DNA from: the human T2T-CHM13v2.0 reference genome, Homo sapiens | DNA: 64,000 bases | Strand: one strand, 5' to 3' | Assembly (NCBI RefSeq): GCF_009914755.1 | Contig: NC_060941.1 | Shown here: piece after piece, positions 56,876-64,000 of the stretch | How the letters are laid out: every line of letters begins with the position of its first letter | Position numbering within the stretch: position 1 is the first letter of the stretch | Made by a program: the position numbers and the translations under genes | Notes under the pieces: generated by a model | Database searches by the model: none | Seen by the model: only the letters and a program-made list of their open reading frames with translations | Told to the model about the DNA's origin: nothing

Positions 56876-57185
56876 AATTATTTATTTATTTATTTATTTA
56901 TTTGAGATAAGGTCTTGCTCTGTCACCCAGGCTGGAGTGCAGTGGTGCAAACATGGCTCACTGCAGCCTCAACCTCCTGGGCTCAAGTGATCATCCTGCC
57001 TCAGCCTCCTGAGTAGCTGGGACTACAGGTGCACACCACCATACCTGGCTAATTTTTAAAAATTTTGTAGAGATGGGAGTCTCACCATGTTGTTTGGCTG
57101 ATCTCAAACTCCTGGATTCAAGCAGTTCTCCCGCTTCAGCTGCCTAAAGTGCTGGGATTACAGGTGTGAGCCACTGCACCTGGCC
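56876..57185 (-). mobile_element. AluJ with (TTTA)n tail
   Basis: antisense Alu inside a MIR; gtttccc flanks. Confidence 0.9.
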
Positions 57186-57212
57186 AGTTTCCCAGTTTAA
57201 GATGAGAATAGT

Positions 57213-57497
57213 GGCTGGGCACAGTGGCTCATTCCTGTAATTCCAGCACTTTGGGAGGCTGAGGCAGGCAGATCACTTGAGATCAGGAGTTCCAGACCAA
57301 CCCGGCCAACATGGTGAAACCAAGTCTCTACTAAAAATACAAAAATTAGTTGGGCATGGTGACGGGTGGCTGTAATCCCAGCTGCTCAGTAGGCTAAGGC
57401 AGGAGAATCACTTGAACCCAGGAGGTGGAGGTTTCAGTGAGCCGGGATTGCACCACTGCACTCCAGCCTGGGTGACAAAGCAAGACTCATCTCAAAA

Positions 57498-57548
<51 letters not shown>

Positions 57549-57550
57549 AA
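57213..57550 (+). mobile_element. AluSx with (TAAA)~13 tail
   Basis: dimeric Alu; flanks gatgagaatagt / attgaggatagt. Confidence 0.92.
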
Positions 57551-57562
57551 TTGAGGATAGTG

Positions 57563-57732
57563 GACTGGGTTTGGTGGCTCATGCCTGTAATCTCAGCACT
57601 TTGAGAGGCTGAGGTGGGAGGATCGCTTGAGACCAGAAGTTCAAGGCCACAGTGAGCTATGCGCTCCAGCCTGAGTGGCAGAGTGAGAACCTGTCAAAAA
57701 AAAAAAAAGAAGAAGAAAAAGAAGAAGAAGAA
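57563..57732 (+). mobile_element. internally deleted AluJ / FRAM-like monomer
   Basis: left-arm start joined to right-arm end, (GAA)n tail. Confidence 0.8.
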
Positions 57733-58760
57733 CCTGTATCTTAAAATTAAAATGAATTATTGGAAGTAAAGAGTCTAACACAGGCAGCTGGGTGCTCAGA
57801 AAATGCCAATTTTATACCTCATTCCCTCTGTGAGATTCTTGGGATGTGATATCTGCAATTCCTTGTGGTGTTTGTGAGTCATATTCTACGTCTGGGCAGA
57901 GCAAGGACAGCAGGCTTTGATGGCCTTACCTGATTCGAGTGCATTCCATCCTGATCTATGAATACCCTAAACCCCATTTGAAGTACATAAATTCACAAGG
58001 TAAGACTCTCCCAGGACTCCAAGATTGCTTGATGCACTGTTGCTCCCTGTAGCCTCACAGTGGCAACCTGCTGGGGTCATCAGCACCACGTGTATGGACA
58101 GCTCCTCCTCCAGGACTTCCTTAACTCTTAATTCCAGAACCTGGCCTCTGCCCATGGTTCTGATCAAGATTTCCCTTCCTTTCTTGCCCTTCTTGCCATA
58201 GCTTCAAGTACTCAGGCCAGAGTCCATAGGCTTGGCATACCAGAAGGTACCTGAAGGCATCTGATTCCAAAACAAATCAGGTTAGACAAGCCTGCTCAGG
58301 TAAATACATTTTCTAAACCTGTATCACCACTTTTTGGGAAAGGCTTCATTGTTATCTATTGAGGCTGGTTCTGACATAAAGCTTATGTTTTGAAAACAGT
58401 ATAACTTTTTAAAGTTTTTTAATGAGCCCCTTCTGGGTTGAAATTAATGTCTTTTATAGTTGCATTCTCCCTGGCTTTATTTTCCATGTCTTAGGAAAAT
58501 GCTTATGTAGCTGCCTCAGCTTTTCACAAATTATCAAGGGAATTAGGGCACATTTTGGGGAGCTTGTTCTTTGGCCTTATTTTGAGAACATGTCACTTAA
58601 ATAATTCTCTCTCTTCTCCCCAAGACAGGCGTGGACTATGGGAGGAGTCCCATAACTGTTGCCATGGGGAGTAGCTTTTGCTTTATTTAAGAGAACTAAA
58701 CTGAAGCATACTTACATTAGCAAATGGAGCAGATTCTCAAATTTTAACATAAAGCCAAAG

Positions 58761-58877
58761 TGTGTGTGTGTGTCTGTGTGTGTGTGTGTGTGTGTGTATG
58801 TATATACATATATATACATATATATAGAAAGAGAGAGAGAGAATGAGAGAGAGAGTGAGAGAGAGAGAGAGAGAGAG
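58761..58877. repeat. (TG)n(TA)n(GA)n compound microsatellite in Alu tail position
   Basis: directly abuts the antisense Alu 3' end. Confidence 0.95.
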
Positions 58878-59163
58878 GATCTCACTCTGTCACCCAGGCT
58901 GGAGTGTAGTGATGCCATCTTGGCTCACTACAATCTCTGCTTCCCAGGTTCAAGTGATTCTCCTGCCTCAGCCTCCTGAGTAGCTGGGATTACAGGTGTG
59001 CACCACCATGCCCGGCTAATTTTTGTATTTTTTTTTTTTTTTTGGTAGAGACGTGGTTTCACCATGTTGGCCAGGCTGGTCTCAAACTCCTGACCTCAAG
59101 TGATCTGCCTGCCTCAGTCCCCCAAACTGCTGGCGTTACAGGCATGAGCCATGGTGCCGGGCC
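58878..59163 (-). mobile_element. AluSx
   Basis: antisense Alu with extended internal T run. Confidence 0.9.
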
Positions 59164-59268
59164 ATACATTCTTAAATTGGGGTCTTTCTTCTCTAAATTG
59201 GGTTGTGGGCTGACATAGGTACTCTGGTATTAGGACACCTGGAGGAAAAGTCCCAATTAAGAGTTCCT

Positions 59269-59646
<378 letters not shown>

Positions 59647-59669
59647 TCATGTACACAAATCTCGAGTTG

Positions 59670-59865
59670 CAAATCTTTACACATGCTATCTCAAGGAGTT
59701 GTCACAGCAACTCTGGGAGGTAGGTGTTACTATCACTGTTTCACAGATGAGAAGCTGAAGTTTGAGGAGGGGTCACAACTTACTTAAGACCACTCAGTTT
59801 GCAAGTGGCAGAGGAAAGATTTATGCTCAGGTCAGTTTTGACACCAGACTATAGTGTTAAGCCAC
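59670..59865 (-). mobile_element. MIR
   Basis: cacagcaactctgggaggtagg...tttcacagatgagaagctgaag. Confidence 0.75.
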
Positions 59866-59995
59866 TGTCTGTGACATCAGAAACTCCAGTAGGACAAAAG
59901 GCTCTGATGGCATGATAGGGATTGAGTGTGGGGCATGAAGTTGCTGATTCCAGAATGAATGTGGGAGGTTCCAGAGAATCCTCCACATCTGTGAA

Positions 59996-60622
59996 CCAAT
60001 GCCTCTCTAAAGTTGTCTTAGAGGCACAGGCTGGTGCTAGGACAGCTGCATTAGAATCATCTGGTGGGCATGTGAAGAACGCAAAGAGCTGGATTCCATT
60101 CCCAAAGAGTATAATCCAGTAGCTGATATGTTTTGGATGTTTGTCCCCTCCTAGTCTCATGTTGAAACGTGATTCCCAATGTTCACAGGGCCTAGTGGGA
60201 GGTGATTGGATCATGGAGGCAGATCCCTCATAAATGAAGTATCATCCCCTTGGTGATAAGTGAGTTCTCGCTGAGTTCATGTGAGAGCTGGTTGTTTAAA
60301 AGAGTGTGACACCTCTTCCCTCTCTCTTTCTTGCTCCTGCTTTCGCCATGCGATGCACCTGCTTCCCCTTTTTCTTCCATCATAATTGGAAGTTTCCTGA
60401 GGCCCTCACCAGAAGCAGATTCTGGCAGTGTGCTTCCTGTAAAGCCTGCAGAACCATGAATCAATGAAACCTCTTTTCTTTATAAATTATCCAGCCTCAG
60501 ATACTCCTTTATAGCTATACAAATGGACTAACACAGCAGGAGTGTAATCAAGCCCAGGAACATGAACATTAAAAAATGTCTAAGTGATTCTGATGCATAG
60601 ATAGATTTAGGAACCACCACTG
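59996..60622. mobile_element. MER5-family MITE split by MSTA
   Basis: gctgcattagaatcatctgg before the LTR; aagtgattctgatgca...tttaggaaccac after. Confidence 0.6.
60124..60535 (+). mobile_element. MSTA solo LTR
   Basis: tgatatgttttggatgtttgtccc...gaggccctcaccagaagcagat...aatggactaacaca. Confidence 0.9.
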
Positions 60623-60750
60623 CCCTTGGCAACATTTATAATCCTCAGGGTTCCTCCTTCTCCCTTTAGTTGTAACATAATCCCCAGGGATTCAGAGCCA
60701 AGACATAGTTCTGAAGGAGGAGCTATAGTTACCATAGAAGTGATCACACA

Positions 60751-60811
60751 TGCGCCATTGCACTCCAGCCTGGGCAACAAGAGTGAAACTCTGTCTCAAA
60801 GCAAAAAAAAA
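60751..60811 (+). mobile_element. severely 5'-truncated AluS (Sp/Sq-type end)
   Basis: 61-bp insert with perfect 13-bp TSD aagtgatcacaca (60738, 60812). Confidence 0.88.
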
Positions 60812-61289
60812 AAGTGATCACACAGACTCAGACTGGTTAGAACAGAGTGATTGTCAATCAGAAGCAGTGGTGGCATGTGTCAGTACCAAGGACACTTTCT
60901 CAACCTCAGTGCACTCACCTCAGTGGAGAACAACTGCATTAGGAGTGTTTGGTTATCCTAGAAATGAGCTTATTGGGGCATAAGAGATAACTGTTTGCTC
61001 AGGGATCAATGTTAATCACTTCTGCATTATTACAGAGAAGCCACTGCTTTCTTCATCATATGGCACATCTTCCAGGAGGACTATCTACAGGAATGTCTCA
61101 TGTGTTTTGCCCATTACAACTAAAGGGAGTTTGCACTTGGGGGTTCTCGTTAGACTTTTCTGGTTAGACATCTGATGCTTCCTTCTTTGGGTTTTGAGTG
61201 GTCTGGGACATGTCAATAGCTTCCTGCACACCAAAGGAGGTCCGAGATCAAATGGCCTTGGGTATAAAAGTACATCCATGTGCTGTGTG

Positions 61290-61570
61290 GGTGGTGGGAA
61301 CTATGGTGAACTGCCCAAGAGAGATGCTACTTCTCAGTTTCAGTCTATCCCTGCCATGCAGAAATGCAGGATCAGTATTACCAGAGCTTCCGATATGAGA
61401 GATAGAGAAGGAGACAAGGAGAGGGAGGTGGAGAGAGAGAGAGAGGCATAGACAGAGAAGAGAGAGCAGATACTGGGATTTCTAAATATTGGCTCAGATG
61501 AAAGTTAAAAAAATATGTGGGCCACACAAAATATTTCTGTAGGCCACATCTGGCTATGTCTGCCAAAGAA
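61290..61570. mobile_element. MER102-like hAT relic with internal GA-rich tract
   Basis: cagtattaccagagcttccgat ... taaatattggc ... gtgggccacacaaaatatttctgtaggccacatctggc. Confidence 0.5.
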
Positions 61571-63385
61571 ATAAGTTCCATTTTGGAAGCTGCAATTCCA
61601 AAGCACCATGCTTAGTCACCATGCTATGTTGATTTGGCCACCTCTCAGGGTGAACCTCTTAGTGTGGTCTTTGCTTTTAGGGAGAGAAACTGAGGGAGAA
61701 AGGTGGGACAGAACCATTTCTTACTGTCACCAACAGGCTCTGGTAGATTGCTCTAAAGCAACTTACTGACACACTGACAGATTTAAATTTCCACTGCTGA
61801 AAACCACTCATATCTTACTGTTGTCCAAACCCAAAGAATCAAATGGCCAACTCAATGCTGTTAGAATTTTAATAGTAATACTGGTTCCTCTTCCTCTTAT
61901 CTTCCAAATCTCCCATGGAAAAATGATCATCTCCATTGACAAGCACCGCCATCTGCAATTGGAGTAATCTGAAGCTGGCATTGTACTCTGCTTATCTCAT
62001 CAACCCAGATTCCAAGGAGTTGAGGGATTTGATCATTTATGAAGGGGATTCGACCTGCATTTCTACCCTCTACCACCACAAAGTAAATTGTGAAATCATT
62101 CACCCTTTTCTTCACTTCTAAATCCCTGTAGTGTCCATCTTTCCTGTTGCAAAGAAGTAGTAGAGGGGCAGAATCAGTCTGCAAGTGACAAATATTCTTT
62201 TTGCCTTGCAGCTCCTACTTCCACCAGTTCTCTTCTTTCCCACTCTCTGGTGGGTGAGAACTCTGGTGGGTAAATGTCTTTCCTGAGAAAGAAAGCCTCA
62301 ACTAAGTGGGTGGTTCTGAAACAAAAATAGTGGCAAAGACTTGGCTGATGGAGAAGTATCCAAGGCAGTTTTGTGGGATCTTCCTGTCCCTTCAAAAGCA
62401 ACTGGGCTCTGGATTCATATGTTAAAGGGACAGTTACCTTGGTAAGCATCTCTGTGTGTCAGATTCCTGCCCAGAGCCAGTAGCCCCTTTGAAGTATATG
62501 ATAGTTATCACAAGGATGGAAATGGAGAAAGGTTTTCAGAATCACAGCAGAGATAATCTAAAATATTCATGCTTGTCCACTCCACCCACCCCAATCCTCT
62601 GGTCTGTCAGAATTAGCTTGGGGTAGGATTTTAATCATATAAAGTTCAGAAAATCTCCGTAGATGATTTTACTTCACTTGATTTAGTCCTAATTGAAAGC
62701 TACTGAACAGAGAATTATCCAGCCATTTGAGTTACTTTGGGAGTATTGTGGCTACATGGAGTCTATAAATGAGGTGCCCATTAAAAAACACACACACACA
62801 CACACACCCCATGGGCCTTAAATAAGATGTGGATGGGATTAGACATATGCTTAGTCACCTGAAGGAGACGGGGCAGCTCCTAGGCATAACTGAAGATATT
62901 ACCAAACCTAAAGAATGTGCCAAATTGAATGGATGGATAGTGCAGAGGAAAGAGAAGGTTGGTCAGTCAAGAGAACATAGACGAAGGGAAGCCACTGAAG
63001 CAAGGACTGGTAGTGCCCATCCCTGAGGGAGCCTCAGCAATTAGACCTTAAGTATCATGAACCATTGGCAAAACCATCACTATCACAAGAAGGATGAGTC
63101 AGGCCACCCGAGGCTGATGTCAGTAGGCATCAATCAACCTAATATCCCTGGTGCTAATTCCTTGCTTCTTCAAACAACCTTCTGGCCCCCTCTCTTAAAG
63201 GAAGAGAAAACACTCGTCTATATTTCTGGTCCCCAAGAAAGCAGTCTTTCATGGTGAATAGCTTTTGATTAATCATGATTTGGCATCCCATAAAGCTTGA
63301 TTCCAAGTCCCTGCTTGATATGGCCTAAGCTTACTCTTCAACCTCATCTTAAACCACTAATGGTGAAATGATAGAATCTTCTTAA

Positions 63386-63715
<330 letters not shown>

Positions 63716-63724
63716 TTCAAGGGC

Positions 63725-64000
63725 TTTTTTTTTTTAAGGTGAAATTCTCATACATAAAATTAACCATTTTAAAGCGAACAATTTAGTGACATGTATCACA
63801 TTCACAATGTGGGGCAACCACCACCTCTATCTTCCAAAACATTGTCATCACCCCAAAAGGAAATCCCTTAGCCATTAAGCAGTTGCTCCCTATTCTCTCC
63901 TGCCCCCAGCCTCTAGCAAACATCAATCTTCATTCTATCTCTTTGGATTTTCCTATTGTGAATATTTCATGTAAATGGAATCATGCAATAGATGACCTTT
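63725..64000 (-). mobile_element. L1MB-type 3' end, continues past window
   Basis: aaggtgaaattctcatacataaaattaaccattttaaag...atttcatgtaaatggaatcat. Confidence 0.85.

Noticed and set aside
57920-58170. Good splice donors on both strands (CAG|GTAAGG minus, AAG|GTAAGA plus) and a 66-aa ORF
   Set aside because: No matching acceptor or recognisable protein; could only be rescued by RNA-seq junction evidence

Overview
This is primate (very probably human) nuclear DNA that looks entirely non-coding: intergenic or deep intronic. I found no credible protein-coding exon, RNA gene, CpG island or CRISPR array. The supplied ORFs are Alu/LTR/L1/L2 read-throughs, simple-repeat translations or chance frames. 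The window is a mosaic of about 39 Alu/FLAM pieces (J, S and Y ages, many with readable target-site duplications), many MIR and L2 relics, MaLR/ERVL solo LTRs, old L1M 3' ends and DNA-transposon fossils (MER5, MER103C, Charlie4a, MER63, MER45, MER102, MADE1). Repeat-free islands rich in developmental TF motifs lie between them. The most notable items: (1) a heavily decayed C2H2 zinc-finger gene fossil on the minus strand at ~42.05-42.34 kb that the ORF track hides; (2) a compound array at 30.4-30.8 kb where a 32-bp unit containing the Alu 3' end recurs between GAA/GGA purine spacers (CRISPR-like in layout only); (3) a candidate Wnt/TCF + Hox enhancer at ~9.8-10.4 kb and PBX/MEIS-motif islands at ~45.8-46.4 and ~50.5-50.7 kb; (4) a MADE1 hairpin with the same substitution in both arms; (5) fossil traces of template switching and Alu-Alu recombination. 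Repeat subfamilies were called by eye from remembered consensus features, and boundaries of old repeats are approximate. I could not identify the chromosomal locus, and I cannot support a claim of a new biological system.
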